Shown in pieces: positions 19,748 to 31,333 of a stretch of 64,000 nt of DNA. Origin of the DNA: a virus; IMG/VR virus record IMGVR_UViG_3300023184_006193, positions 1 to 64,000 of that record; one strand, given 5' to 3'. Below the pieces are notes generated by a model, which was given only the letters and a program-made list of their open reading frames with translations, had not been told where the DNA came from and ran no database searches. Each line of letters starts with the position of its first letter. Position 1 is the stretch's first letter. Position numbers and translations under genes: made by a program.

Positions 19748-22700
19748 ATGGCAAGAACGTCAGCTACAATTTCTGTAGGTGCAGATACAAGGCAACTTGA
19801 AAAAGATATTCAAAGTGCTTTATCTCGCGATTTTAAATTCAAAGGATTTAATGAAAAAGCCTTTACTCAGCCATTAGGTCGAATTACTGGTGCTTCTAAT
19901 GAATTCCAAAAGTCATTGGATGCTTCTAATGCTCGTGTTATCGCATTCGGTGCTAGTGCTGGATCAATTTTTGCTGTAGAAAAAGCTTTCGTTAGTTTAA
20001 TTAAAAGTACAATAGATGTTGAAAAATCTCTTACTGATATTAATATTATATTAAATACAACATCAAAAGGATTAGAAAAATTTGGTGCAGATTTATTCAC
20101 AGTAGCTAAAGATACTGGACAATCATTTCAATCGGTTGCAGAAGCAGCAACAGAATTAGCTCGTCAAGGTCTTGGTGTTGAAGAAACATTGAAAAGAACA
20201 AGAGATGCTTTAATTTTAACTAGATTAAGTGGATTAGATACAGTCTCTAGCGTAGAAGCTTTAACAGCTACATTAAACAGTTTTAATCAAACAGCTTTAG
20301 ATTCAACAACTATTATTAATAAATTAGCAAATGTTGACGCAGCTTTTGCTGTTAGCTCTGCTGATTTGGCCAATGCAATTCAACGAGTTGGTAGTTCGGC
20401 GCAAGATGCAGGGGTTGGATTCGATGAATTATTAGCAATTGTAACAAGCGTACAGCAAACTACTGCTAGAGGTGGTGCAGTTATCGGTAACTCATTAAAG
20501 ACTATTTTTACAAGAGTTGCTAGACCAGAAGTGTTAGATCAATTACAAAACTTAGGTTTAGAAGTTCGTAATTTAGATGGTAGTACTCGTCCAGCAATTG
20601 ATATTTTAAAACAATTGTCATCAACTTTTGATACTCTTTCTGATTCTCAAAGATCACAAGTTGCAGAAAGTGTTGGTGGCGTTTTCCAGATTAATATTTT
20701 AAAAGCTGCTTTAGGTGATCTGGGTAAAGAATATTCTGTTTATAATAATGCTTTAAATACTTCAAGAGGAGCTACCGATCAAGCTATTAAACGGAACGAA
20801 GCATTAAATGAAACTCTATCTGCTTTAACGAGTAGAACACTAACGAATTTTACTCAACTAGGAGCTAAAATAGGTGCAGGAGCTTTTCAACCAGCAATTG
20901 AAGGCACATTAAAAAATGTAAATAATATATTAGAAGGGTTAGCTAATCAAGATTCAGAGAGTGTTGGAGCTAAAATTGGAGCTGGAATTTTAGGTGGTCT
21001 TTCTACTTTTATATCTGGTCCTGGATTACTTTTAATAACTGCTGTTATTGGAAAATTATTTTTAGATTTGAGTAAATTTGCTGCTACTTCCGCTAAAACA
21101 TTATTAGGTATTGGTAAGCAAGCTACTGATAGAGCTGCTATTGAAGGAAAAATTTCAAGTATTCTTGCACAAGAGCCACAACTTCTTTCAGCAATAGCAT
21201 CTAAACAAATTACTGTATTAGATACAGAAAATAGAATTTTACAAATTTTAAGAGAACAAAATGCCGTAAGAGAACAAGCCGCTGCTTTATCTCGTTCAAT
21301 TACTAGTGGATTAATTGGTAAAGGAGTAAGTACTAAAAGTGGACAAATTACTACAAAAAGTGATGGATTTATTCCAAATTTTGTAATGCAAGAAATTTAT
21401 GGTGCTTTGGCTGGGGGATATAAACCTGGAAATATTAAGGAAATGAATATTCCTGGAGTAGGAAAAACTATTTATAATTCAGCAGAGACAGTAAAAAGAA
21501 TGCCAGGATTTTCTCAACCAGCAATTATGCCTCCAGAAGGAAGTAGAGCTGGAAAAAATTATAAACAATCATTTTCTGATAAACATGGATTTAATCCTTA
21601 TGCAAGCTCTGGGCTTATTCCTAATTTTGCAAAAACATTTTATGATATAAAAGATCAAAATGGAAAAATAACATCTTATAATAATTATCAAATTCCAAAA
21701 TTAATTGCAAATGGGGTAATTAGCGAAAAAGCAGCAAGAGATGCTAATTGGAAACCAGAAAAAGAATTAAGCGCACAGAAAAAAGCAGCAAAACAAAAAG
21801 AATATGATAGTGGTTTTTATGATACTAAAGGAAGATTAGGAGTTGTTTCTGTGTCTGCTGGAGTAGAAAATGCAACAGCTTCAACTAGCGTTGGAAACTT
21901 AAAAGCATTTAGCGGGGCAGTTAAAAAAAATCCAGAATTAGCAAATAAAAAGATTACATTTTCTAATATTCAAGTTAGAAGTCTCGAAGGAAATTTAGAA
22001 AAAAGACCAAGTGAATTTACTAATTTAGTGAACGAAGCTCTTCTTGATCCAATAGCAAGTTTAACTCATAAATATCTTGGTACAGTTTTAAGAGATGAAG
22101 AAGCTTCTCCAGCTGCATTAAATGATGTTAGAGCATCTTTAAAAGGTAAAAAATTAATACCATCCACTGCAGAAGGTTCTATATTCGAAGCAGCAGTCGC
22201 GCTTGCTACAAAAACCCCTAAACAATTTATAAGATCTATTGATGATGAAGATAATAGACCATTCGACTTTGAAGAAGCTGGTCCTGCTACAGGTAATTTT
22301 AAAAAGAGATTTAAATTTGGAGAACAATTACAAAAAGCAGATGCAAAACTAACTGGAAGTCCTGGAGCAATTGCTAGTATTATTAAGAAAGCTTATAACT
22401 CTAATTTTGATCCAAGTCTTCCATACTCTGAATATCTTTCTGGAGGATTTATTCCTAATTTCGCAAATGCTTTAAATGATGCAATAAATAGAGAAAAGAA
22501 AGCTGGCGTAAATCCAAATTCTATAAGAATTGGAAGAAGTAATTCTTTAATCTCTAATATGAATCCTAGTGGTCTTGGGGTTTATAATACTAAAGATGAA
22601 CCAAGAGGATTATCTCAAGGAATTTCAAGATATGGTTCATTAAATGGTGCTCGTAGAGCAGGTGCAGCAAAAGGTTTAATTCCAAATTTCGCTTTATATT

Positions 22701-25700
22701 CAGCCACTCAAACTGAAGCTGGACCAGAAGCTTTACCAGCATCTAAAGAAGCTAATGCAGCTTTTGCAACTCTTGCAAAAAAAGTTTATAATGGAATACT
22801 AACTTTTGATCAAGCGAATAAAGAATTAACTAGACTTGCTAAAGAATTTGATTTAATTGAATCTAGTACTGAAAAAGTAAGAAATACATTAACTCGCGCA
22901 GACAAGTCTTATCAAAGATTAGTGGTTGAAACTGACGCATTAGTTGCTGCAAGTGGAAATTTAATAACGGGATCTAAATCTCTAAAACAATTAGAAGCTA
23001 GAGCCGCTGCTGGAGGAAGAGGTGGAGAAATAGCTCGAGGCGGATTAGAAGCAGCAAGAGAAAGAAGAGCTGATGCAGCTTCAAGATTACAAGGAATAGG
23101 AATTGGTGCAAGTATAGCTGTTCCAATAGTAAGTCAAATCGCTCAGGAATTTGCACCAAATAATAAGTATGCAAAATTTGGAACAACAGCTTTAAGTGAT
23201 ACAGCAGCATTTGCTGGCACAGGAGCTTTATTTGGACCATGGGGTGCAGCAATTGGCGGATTAATTGGAGCTACAATTGGCTTAACTAAAGCATTTAAAG
23301 AGTTGAATGATAGATCAGAAGAATTTGCTAAAAATTCAAGAGAATCTGGTAATAAAGTAGCAAGATTTTCTGAGGATGTTCAAGGATTTTTAACTTCAAG
23401 AGAAAAAATTGCTGGAGTAGAAGCTGGAGCAATAAAAGCTACGCCAAATGAATTAAGTAGATTAGAAGGCCAAAGATCTGCAGCATTTAATAGAATTTTG
23501 TCATCTGTAAGTGAAGATATTCAAAAAGAACTATTAGCTGGATTATCTGGAACAGAAGCGGAATTACAATCTGCGATACAAAGAGCAAATGATGAAATTG
23601 CTTCTAATAATTTTGTAAATCAATTCATACAAACCACTAATGAACAACTTAAAGATGGAGCTAAAAATTTAGATTTAACCGAGACATTAAGACAATTAGG
23701 ATCAATAAAAACAACAAATGGAGAATATATTGGAGATTTAATATCTCAACAAAGCGGCTTATTGAAATCATTTGACGCATTAACAATTGCTTCAGAAAAA
23801 TACTATGGAATAAATGATCAAATAGCTAAGTCTATAGAGCAAACATCAATTGCAGCAGATAAAGCTACAATGAGTATAGATGAATTTGCAAAAAATGATA
23901 TATTTGGATTTAATACAACCTCTCCCCAAGTAAATGCGGGTCCTGCTGGTTTTGGTACTAACATAAAGACAGAGTTCACAGGGACCGCAGGTAATTTAGG
24001 GGGCGAAGCGAAAATTACTGACATAAATAGACAAATGTATGAAGCAGATTTACAAAAATCAATTCAAGATTCTGGAAAAGGATTAAAAAACTTTATTCTT
24101 CAATTAGGAGATTCTGGAAAATTACAAAAAGATAAAGCTCTGGAATTAGCTAATTCAATACAAACTATATTAGATAGTAACAAATCTTTAGAAGAAAAAG
24201 GAAAAGCTTTACAAGAAACTTTTGGTAATTTAAGAAAATCATCCGAGATAGTAGATGAAACATTTAAAAAATTAGTAGATGCACAATTAAATTATATTAA
24301 TTTAACCACACAAACAATGAAATTATTTTCAGAAGATGCTGCTCAAAGACAACAAGCAGCAAAATTTATTCAACAAGGAGATTTTGGAAATGTACTTAAA
24401 GAATTTTTAAAAACAAATGAAGGCACACAATTTTTACCAGAAAATATCCTTAAGGGTACTAATATGGCCGCAATGCAAGGGATTTTAGGTGGCACAGCAG
24501 ATTCAAAAAGAAGAATTGAACTAGAAAGAAAATTTGGAGAAGTTTATAAAAAAGCTGCACAAGAAATTGCAGATGGTGGAGTTTTAACTGATAGAACTTT
24601 AGCCGAATTGCAAATTGGAATTCAACAAACTAGCATGGAAGCTGGTATGACAACTAAAAATTTAGTGGAATTAGGATCATCAATTGGTGATGCTGCTACT
24701 AGAACTGAAGCGCTAAATATTTATACAGAAAAAGAAGCTCAACTAAAGAAAGAACTTGGAGATAATATAGTAGCATTAAATTTAGCAGCATCTGCTGCTG
24801 CCGATAGTTTAAGAGCTATAGCTGGATTTAAAGAAGGAACATTATTTGCAGATGAATATAAGCAAATACAAAATAAAGCAAGAGAAGATAGAATAAGATC
24901 TAAAACAAATAAACCAAGTGATATATTTGGATCATTTTCAGATGAAATGACTTATGGAGTGCAGGATGCATTTAGAGATTTAAATAATACAGCTGCTGAC
25001 ACAGCAAGAACAATGAAGAGCGAATTCAATAATGCATTTCAATCTGTTATAGATGGAACTCAAAATGTAGGAGATGCATTTAGAACAATGGCTTTAAATA
25101 TAAGCAGAAGAATGCAACAGCTTGCACTTGAAATGACAACTAACTTAGCATTTAATAGTCTTTTTAGTTCGATAGGTGGTTTACCAAGTGTATTTAAAAA
25201 TCCATTAGGTAGATCTAAAGGTGGATATATACAAGGATTTTCAACAGGCGGAAAAGTTTTAGGTGGATCTGGAACAAAGGACGATGTTCCTGCAATGCTA
25301 AGTAATGGAGAATATGTTATTAAAAAATCCTCTGTAAACAAATATGGTACAAAATTTTTAAATCAATTAAATGGTGGGGGAGTAGTTAAAAAAGCAGATG
25401 GTGGTAATGTTAGTGATGAATTAATTGCTGAATATTTAAGAAATTCAAACAAAACCCCAGCTTCTGAAACTGATCCTGGAAGAGTAGTTGATGCAGCTAC
25501 AAGGGATTTATTCGCTCAATCAATTAATGCAATGCTAGATAATAAAGATGTGTCATATAATCAAACATTTTCAAAATTATTATCTTCAAATAATCCATCT
25601 GGTGGTGAATTTAAAAGTAGCCTTGGTGCATTTTATACATATAATGATCCAAATTATCCAACGGCTGGAGAGTATTTAATTGATCCATTATTATCTCAAT

Positions 25701-26518
25701 TAGCTTTAACTGATCCAAATGATCCGCAAAATAGAGTAAATGATCAAAATAGAAGGAAACTTTTTGATTATTTAGTTGGTGGAATAGATTTATATGAACA
25801 AAATAAACAATCAATTTTAGATACAATACAAAGAAATAAAGAAGAAAATGCTAGAATAAATCAATTAAATCAACAGCAACAAGACGCTTATAACAATCAA
25901 TTAAAAATGGGAACCTATGGAACATTAGCTATGGCGGGATTAGGATTTGGAGCTTCAGCTTTAAGTAATTATGGCGCACCAGCTTTGAAAAGTTTATTTG
26001 GTGGTTCATCAAAAACTAAAGTAGGAGGACAACAAGCGACAGCAGTTGGAGATTTTGGAAAAGGATATGGATATAAATATGCAACATACGTAAAAAATGG
26101 TGGGTTTATAGGATATGCTAATGGTGGATACAGCAATAGAGATGATGTTCCAGCGATGTTAATGGGCGGAGAATACGTAATGAAGAAAGATTCAGTAAAT
26201 ACATATGGAAGAGGATTTTTTGATAAGTTAAATTCTGGAAAAATTAAAAAATTTGCAGATGGTGGAATGGTAGGTGATAATTTAACAGATATAAATAATA
26301 AAAAAACTTCAGAAAATAACTTAGAAAATAATATAAATATAACTGTAAACGTTAACGGATCAGATTCAAATGTACAAATGAATTCTGAAAATTCAGCAAT
26401 GAGTTCAGCAGAAGGTCAAGCAAAAGCTATTAAATTTGCAGATCAATTAAAAGCAGAAATTATAAAAGTTATAGTTCAACAGCAAAGACCTGGCGGTTTA
26501 CTAACTAAATCAAAATAA
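19748..26518 (+). CDS. Tail tape measure protein (2256 aa)
   Basis: TP901-type N-terminal core (ELARQGLG, GAVIGNSLKTIFTR), Ala-rich helices, hydrophobic GPWGAAIGGLIG segment, two GGxxxxDDVPAMLxxGEYV motifs. Confidence 0.93.
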   Translation: MARTSATISVGADTRQLEKDIQSALSRDFKFKGFNEKAFTQPLGRITGASNEFQKSLDASNARVIAFGASAGSIFAVEKAFVSLIKSTIDVEKSLTDINIILNTTSKGLEKFGADLFTVAKDTGQSFQSVAEAATELARQGLGVEETLKRTRDALILTRLSGLDTVSSVEALTATLNSFNQTALDSTTIINKLANVDAAFAVSSADLANAIQRVGSSAQDAGVGFDELLAIVTSVQQTTARGGAVIGNSLKTIFTRVARPEVLDQLQNLGLEVRNLDGSTRPAIDILKQLSSTFDTLSDSQRSQVAESVGGVFQINILKAALGDLGKEYSVYNNALNTSRGATDQAIKRNEALNETLSALTSRTLTNFTQLGAKIGAGAFQPAIEGTLKNVNNILEGLANQDSESVGAKIGAGILGGLSTFISGPGLLLITAVIGKLFLDLSKFAATSAKTLLGIGKQATDRAAIEGKISSILAQEPQLLSAIASKQITVLDTENRILQILREQNAVREQAAALSRSITSGLIGKGVSTKSGQITTKSDGFIPNFVMQEIYGALAGGYKPGNIKEMNIPGVGKTIYNSAETVKRMPGFSQPAIMPPEGSRAGKNYKQSFSDKHGFNPYASSGLIPNFAKTFYDIKDQNGKITSYNNYQIPKLIANGVISEKAARDANWKPEKELSAQKKAAKQKEYDSGFYDTKGRLGVVSVSAGVENATASTSVGNLKAFSGAVKKNPELANKKITFSNIQVRSLEGNLEKRPSEFTNLVNEALLDPIASLTHKYLGTVLRDEEASPAALNDVRASLKGKKLIPSTAEGSIFEAAVALATKTPKQFIRSIDDEDNRPFDFEEAGPATGNFKKRFKFGEQLQKADAKLTGSPGAIASIIKKAYNSNFDPSLPYSEYLSGGFIPNFANALNDAINREKKAGVNPNSIRIGRSNSLISNMNPSGLGVYNTKDEPRGLSQGISRYGSLNGARRAGAAKGLIPNFALYSATQTEAGPEALPASKEANAAFATLAKKVYNGILTFDQANKELTRLAKEFDLIESSTEKVRNTLTRADKSYQRLVVETDALVAASGNLITGSKSLKQLEARAAAGGRGGEIARGGLEAARERRADAASRLQGIGIGASIAVPIVSQIAQEFAPNNKYAKFGTTALSDTAAFAGTGALFGPWGAAIGGLIGATIGLTKAFKELNDRSEEFAKNSRESGNKVARFSEDVQGFLTSREKIAGVEAGAIKATPNELSRLEGQRSAAFNRILSSVSEDIQKELLAGLSGTEAELQSAIQRANDEIASNNFVNQFIQTTNEQLKDGAKNLDLTETLRQLGSIKTTNGEYIGDLISQQSGLLKSFDALTIASEKYYGINDQIAKSIEQTSIAADKATMSIDEFAKNDIFGFNTTSPQVNAGPAGFGTNIKTEFTGTAGNLGGEAKITDINRQMYEADLQKSIQDSGKGLKNFILQLGDSGKLQKDKALELANSIQTILDSNKSLEEKGKALQETFGNLRKSSEIVDETFKKLVDAQLNYINLTTQTMKLFSEDAAQRQQAAKFIQQGDFGNVLKEFLKTNEGTQFLPENILKGTNMAAMQGILGGTADSKRRIELERKFGEVYKKAAQEIADGGVLTDRTLAELQIGIQQTSMEAGMTTKNLVELGSSIGDAATRTEALNIYTEKEAQLKKELGDNIVALNLAASAAADSLRAIAGFKEGTLFADEYKQIQNKAREDRIRSKTNKPSDIFGSFSDEMTYGVQDAFRDLNNTAADTARTMKSEFNNAFQSVIDGTQNVGDAFRTMALNISRRMQQLALEMTTNLAFNSLFSSIGGLPSVFKNPLGRSKGGYIQGFSTGGKVLGGSGTKDDVPAMLSNGEYVIKKSSVNKYGTKFLNQLNGGGVVKKADGGNVSDELIAEYLRNSNKTPASETDPGRVVDAATRDLFAQSINAMLDNKDVSYNQTFSKLLSSNNPSGGEFKSSLGAFYTYNDPNYPTAGEYLIDPLLSQLALTDPNDPQNRVNDQNRRKLFDYLVGGIDLYEQNKQSILDTIQRNKEENARINQLNQQQQDAYNNQLKMGTYGTLAMAGLGFGASALSNYGAPALKSLFGGSSKTKVGGQQATAVGDFGKGYGYKYATYVKNGGFIGYANGGYSNRDDVPAMLMGGEYVMKKDSVNTYGRGFFDKLNSGKIKKFADGGMVGDNLTDINNKKTSENNLENNINITVNVNGSDSNVQMNSENSAMSSAEGQAKAIKFADQLKAEIIKVIVQQQRPGGLLTKSK

Positions 26519-28000
26519 TTAATACAATTTAATATTAAAACTAATATTTCTTTTACCTTGTATTAAGCGATCTTTATTAATTGAATTATTTGTCAAATAT
26601 TCCTTAGTAGGAGTATTATCGTATTCATAATTTAATAAAAATGTAACATAATTTTGACCATTTATTTCTTTAAAATACTTTTGCATAAAAATTAAATTAG
26701 TTGTATTTGTTTCTATATATATTTCATCTGCATTTGAAAATGGAGTAATACATTCTAAATAAATAGAAGTTTTATTTTGATTTTCTATAACATCAATAAT
26801 TGATATATTGTTTATATTTGTATTATTAAAATATAATAAATCAGATTTTAAGTCTTTATATATTAAATTATCATTCTTATTTAAGTAATAGCCAAGTAAA
26901 TTATCTGGAATCATTGAGTCCATCGTATCTTCATCTATTGGTATTGCGTCTGGTACAGATACTTCATTTTCTATTGAAAGAGTATAATCTTGGGTATCTT
27001 TATTTGATTTTATAAAATATTTTTTAAATTCTGTATTTAATAGAGATATATTAGTTTCTGGCCAACTTAATTTTTGATAACTTTCATTATTTAATAAATA
27101 AAGAACTCCTTGATATAAGCCAACTATTTGATTACTAGAATTTTCTTTAAATATTAAACCTGGTTTATATAGTTGATTAGTAAAATTTTCTATTAAAAAA
27201 TCATTAAATTCTAAATTAGTCATTTTTGTTTTAAAAAAATTAACAAAATCTATTTGCTCTTTTGTGAAGTAAAAAATTTCTATTTCTATTATTTCTTCAT
27301 CTAGAATTAAATCATTGATTGGTAATGTTAGAATTTTAATATTTTGATTATTATCTAACCATTTTTCATCTATATTGGATATAAAAATTTGTTCTAATTT
27401 AATTTTTTGATTATTTTTATATTTATAAGGAATAACATAAAATCCATTTATATTATTTTCTATAATTTTTTCACTATTTAATATTAATTTAATACCAAAA
27501 TTATCTAAACTTTTTAGTATATCTGTAAACATATTTTTAACAACTGATTGATCTAAATTTAAATTAGAATATTCTACTTCAATTTCATTTATAAAGTCTT
27601 TACATTCAATTATAAATTTTAATTTTTTAAAAAATCCTTTGATATTATTTTTTTCTAAAAAATCAGAGTAATTTTTTTCTAGATTATATATATATTTTTG
27701 TTTTGCAACTTTTTTGTCTGATGTAAAAGTTTTCCATTGTCTTGGAGGAGAAGATATCATTTCTAAAGGTATATCCCCTTCCATCGAATCAAAATGAGTT
27801 AGCCACAATAAATCTTGAATATTGGCATCTGAAATAGATATATTATTTTCTTCTTTTATTAGAATATTTTTTTCATCAAAAATTTTAACATTATAAGTTA
27901 TTCCATTAAAAATATTAAAAGATTCTTCTAAAAATGCTGGTCTAGTAGCATTTAAATCCCATTCTAACTCAATATTTTTTGTTAATATTTTATATTTCAT
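26519..28000 (-). CDS. Hypothetical very AT-rich protein after the central fibre gene
   Basis: 493-aa ORF, N/I/K-rich, no recognisable motif. Confidence 0.55.
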   Translation of the reverse strand: MKYKILTKNIELEWDLNATRPAFLEESFNIFNGITYNVKIFDEKNILIKEENNISISDANIQDLLWLTHFDSMEGDIPLEMISSPPRQWKTFTSDKKVAKQKYIYNLEKNYSDFLEKNNIKGFFKKLKFIIECKDFINEIEVEYSNLNLDQSVVKNMFTDILKSLDNFGIKLILNSEKIIENNINGFYVIPYKYKNNQKIKLEQIFISNIDEKWLDNNQNIKILTLPINDLILDEEIIEIEIFYFTKEQIDFVNFFKTKMTNLEFNDFLIENFTNQLYKPGLIFKENSSNQIVGLYQGVLYLLNNESYQKLSWPETNISLLNTEFKKYFIKSNKDTQDYTLSIENEVSVPDAIPIDEDTMDSMIPDNLLGYYLNKNDNLIYKDLKSDLLYFNNTNINNISIIDVIENQNKTSIYLECITPFSNADEIYIETNTTNLIFMQKYFKEINGQNYVTFLLNYEYDNTPTKEYLTNNSINKDRLIQGKRNISFNIKLY

Positions 28001-28008
28001 AATAGAAA

Positions 28009-31000
28009 TTAATTCCCTGCATAGCCTCCTACAACATTTATGCCTCCAGTTAATACAAACGATGGAGGAGCTTGTTGACTTAATGTAATTGAAGATGTTA
28101 TTAAATTAGATCTTTCTTCATAAGGGTTTACCGCTTGTACACCAACATACCATGTTCCTATTCCAGTTGGAGTGAAGAAAAATGGTAAATTACCACTAGA
28201 CGTAGGTAAGGCAAGACCTTGATTTCTTAATGGAGAAAGTGGGGCATCAAATAAATCTTGATCTAAAATTTGACCAGCTACAAATGGGCTATTAAACCTT
28301 CTGTACATATTATAGAATGATACTACTCCAGAATTATTTGGAGGAGTAATAGTATATGCAATAGAATTAATTCCTCCTTGATTTGATGTATATGCTGGAA
28401 ATGCTCCATTTAATCCATAATTTCCAGTAGTATCTCTATATAAAATACTTAAAGTTAAACTAGGATCATTCGGTTGAGGTATTTTAGTTGGAACAGATAT
28501 TAGAGCTTCACCAGTAACAATATCTGTATATTTTTGATCCACATATTTAAGAGCAGTTATATTATATGATTCATCTGTTTTTTGATTAATATTCGTTATT
28601 CTATAAGACTCTAGATCATTCAAATATCCTTCTAAGTAGTATCCAGGATATAGTAAATTATTTGGATTATTTATTCCATATCTATTTGATATATTACCAG
28701 AATAGAGCGATGGATCATAATCAAATGTCCAAACTGTATTTTTTGGTAATGAATATCCACTAGATCTTAACGCTGTTGGAAATGAAAATGCAATATATCC
28801 AGTATATTGACCTGTTCCTTGAGATATGTAATTTTTAGGATTATTAATACTAATATTTTGAATTTGAGATCTTCTAAAAAAATCAGAATTTAATCCAGTT
28901 ACTCCGCTAGAGGTTTGACTATATCCAGTTATATATAAATTACCTAAGTATGTTCCATAATCTAAATTATAACTTGGCGTTAAAAATTTAATATCTAATG
29001 GATTAACCGACCCAGTTATTGCTAATAAAGTATTAGCATTATATGGTACATCTAAAATTGCATAACCAGTAGTAAGTTCTAAAGTCCTCCCTGCAAAATT
29101 TTGATATTTTTGATTTTGATCGTAAATTTTTATTATATCACCTGGTCTTAAAAAAGCCCCATCTAGACCAACCTCAAAATCAACAGTTTCTGTTTCTAAA
29201 TTTTCTGTTGTTAAAAACCATCTTCCCATTCTTTTTGCTTGGCTTCTTTTTGTAGCCCCGAATGCGCTAATTTCTACTTCTCTAATTCCATATTTTAATA
29301 AAGCTGATCTATCTTCTACGTATTCTACAGCTGGTAAATAATTATTATTTTCATCATTATATCTAACCAACGCAACAGATCTTCTAGCTTTCTTTGCACT
29401 GCTTGAATAATTAAATTCTCCGTTTTTAACATTACTATTATTAAATAAATAAATTGAATCCTTTGGCCGATCTTGATTTATAAATAATTGTCCAGCTGAA
29501 TAATATAATATTCCATTAAATACAGAAGCCATATCATCTAGCATTTTTGATGCTTCTTGTTTAGACGAAATCAAAACATTACATGTAAATCTTGGCTCTA
29601 AACCACCAAAACCATCAGGAACAAGTTGATCACAATATTGAGATATTTCATATAATGTCCATTTATCAGTTAAATTCATGTCTATATATCTTCCTAATCC
29701 AAAACGATTATTAGTTATTAAATCATACAAACACCAAGCGGGATTATCTGTCCAAGCTAATTTAAATTGACCATTCCATGGCCCGCTATAGTTTTTAGTA
29801 ATTGGATTGTAATTAATCGGAACTTTAACTTTTAATAACTGCATTTTATATTTTCTATTTGGAATTTCTGTAAAATATTTTGCATTGAAATTATTATAAA
29901 CCATTGCTGTATTTGGATAAGTGAATTTATTTGGATATACGAAAGTTATACTATCTACAGTAGTGCTATTGCTTCGTGCAGCTTGACTAAATTCTGAAGT
30001 AACTTTATTTAATTCAAATGCCCAACCGATTTGATCTGGCATTAGATCTATAAAATATCCATTTTCCGCAGTAGGTCGAAGATGAAAGGTATAATGAATT
30101 AGAGTAGGATTATTTTGTATCTTTCCTCTAACATAAAATGTATCTGAAGAAAATAATCTTGGATTAGTTGTTGGAACAGTTATATTTGGCACAGCTACTA
30201 CTTCTTTTCTATCGGAAAAAACTCTCCACAATCTAACTCCAAATTGAATCTGATCGGGTGATACTGTTCCAGCGTAAGCGCCAGAAATAATGGCGCCAAA
30301 TAAATTATTAACTATTACATTAATTCTAATAGATTCTACTTCTGTATTATAAATATAATATTTTTTAGTTGGAACTAAACCAGAAACTGTTCCGCTATAA
30401 AAAAATGGTCCATATAAAGTTTCTCCAATATTTTTTGTTACAGCTGTTTTTACTGGATATTTATTTCTATCTACAAGATATCCATCATAGTGATATCTAT
30501 CTTCATAAAGATTTATTCTTGGAGAAGAAACTGTATGATCATTTGTTGCGCCATAATCATATCTAAAGTTAATAAATCTAAAATTTAATAATCCTTCTGT
30601 TGTAGCTAATGGAGTTTCATTCCAAAATACAGATCTTGCTTCTGGAGGTACAATAATTGTTGGATCAAGTTGGGAAGAAAATCCTATTCCACCCGTAACA
30701 AAAGGACTAAATGAAACGCTAGAATAACCTATATCTCCAACATTTTTTCCACTAACACTATAAATATAACTACCAGTTACAAATCCTTCAATTGGTCCTT
30801 CTGAAATAATATCTATAATAGATGCATTTTGGATTGTATATACTGATATATTTTCCATTCCAGTCGAGAATAATTTATACTGCTCTCTATATGGTACTGA
30901 ATCTTGTATATCGTAAGCGGTTCTTAATTTAGGCGTATTTGCATTATATAATGCTAATTGATCTGCTCCTCCTCGACCAACTCCACCTTCATTTGGATGT

Positions 31001-31329
31001 CTAGTATCCCAGTGAAACCTAGTGGCTCCAGAGTAATATATATTAAAAGGATACACAAGAGGTAGTCCAGTTGATTGCCAAAACCAACCAGTTTGATCTA
31101 ATATTGGGCTTCTTGCTGCAATTATTCCACTCATTCCATAAGTTAGAGTTGCTTGCCACATTGGTAGCCCCCACCAATCTATTCCACTAAATAGTAAGGT
31201 ATGATTACCACCTAAATGATTAGCAGCTAAACTATCTGGAAATTCTGGGTTTCCCCAAATAAATCCCATGTTATTGACAAAATCAATTCCATGAAATCCT
31301 TCTGACCATTGATTGGGATTGCCTGGCAT
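28009..31329 (-). CDS. Central tail fibre / host-specificity protein (lambda gpJ-like)
   Basis: DIISEGPIEG, KVKVPxNY...WNGxFKLAWTDNPAWCLYDL...RFGLG, LYEISQYCDQLVPDGFGGxEPRFTCN, LRPGDII. Confidence 0.92.
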   Translation of the reverse strand: MPGNPNQWSEGFHGIDFVNNMGFIWGNPEFPDSLAANHLGGNHTLLFSGIDWWGLPMWQATLTYGMSGIIAARSPILDQTGWFWQSTGLPLVYPFNIYYSGATRFHWDTRHPNEGGVGRGGADQLALYNANTPKLRTAYDIQDSVPYREQYKLFSTGMENISVYTIQNASIIDIISEGPIEGFVTGSYIYSVSGKNVGDIGYSSVSFSPFVTGGIGFSSQLDPTIIVPPEARSVFWNETPLATTEGLLNFRFINFRYDYGATNDHTVSSPRINLYEDRYHYDGYLVDRNKYPVKTAVTKNIGETLYGPFFYSGTVSGLVPTKKYYIYNTEVESIRINVIVNNLFGAIISGAYAGTVSPDQIQFGVRLWRVFSDRKEVVAVPNITVPTTNPRLFSSDTFYVRGKIQNNPTLIHYTFHLRPTAENGYFIDLMPDQIGWAFELNKVTSEFSQAARSNSTTVDSITFVYPNKFTYPNTAMVYNNFNAKYFTEIPNRKYKMQLLKVKVPINYNPITKNYSGPWNGQFKLAWTDNPAWCLYDLITNNRFGLGRYIDMNLTDKWTLYEISQYCDQLVPDGFGGLEPRFTCNVLISSKQEASKMLDDMASVFNGILYYSAGQLFINQDRPKDSIYLFNNSNVKNGEFNYSSSAKKARRSVALVRYNDENNNYLPAVEYVEDRSALLKYGIREVEISAFGATKRSQAKRMGRWFLTTENLETETVDFEVGLDGAFLRPGDIIKIYDQNQKYQNFAGRTLELTTGYAILDVPYNANTLLAITGSVNPLDIKFLTPSYNLDYGTYLGNLYITGYSQTSSGVTGLNSDFFRRSQIQNISINNPKNYISQGTGQYTGYIAFSFPTALRSSGYSLPKNTVWTFDYDPSLYSGNISNRYGINNPNNLLYPGYYLEGYLNDLESYRITNINQKTDESYNITALKYVDQKYTDIVTGEALISVPTKIPQPNDPSLTLSILYRDTTGNYGLNGAFPAYTSNQGGINSIAYTITPPNNSGVVSFYNMYRRFNSPFVAGQILDQDLFDAPLSPLRNQGLALPTSSGNLPFFFTPTGIGTWYVGVQAVNPYEERSNLITSSITLSQQAPPSFVLTGGINVVGGYAGN

Positions 31330-31333
31330 AAAA

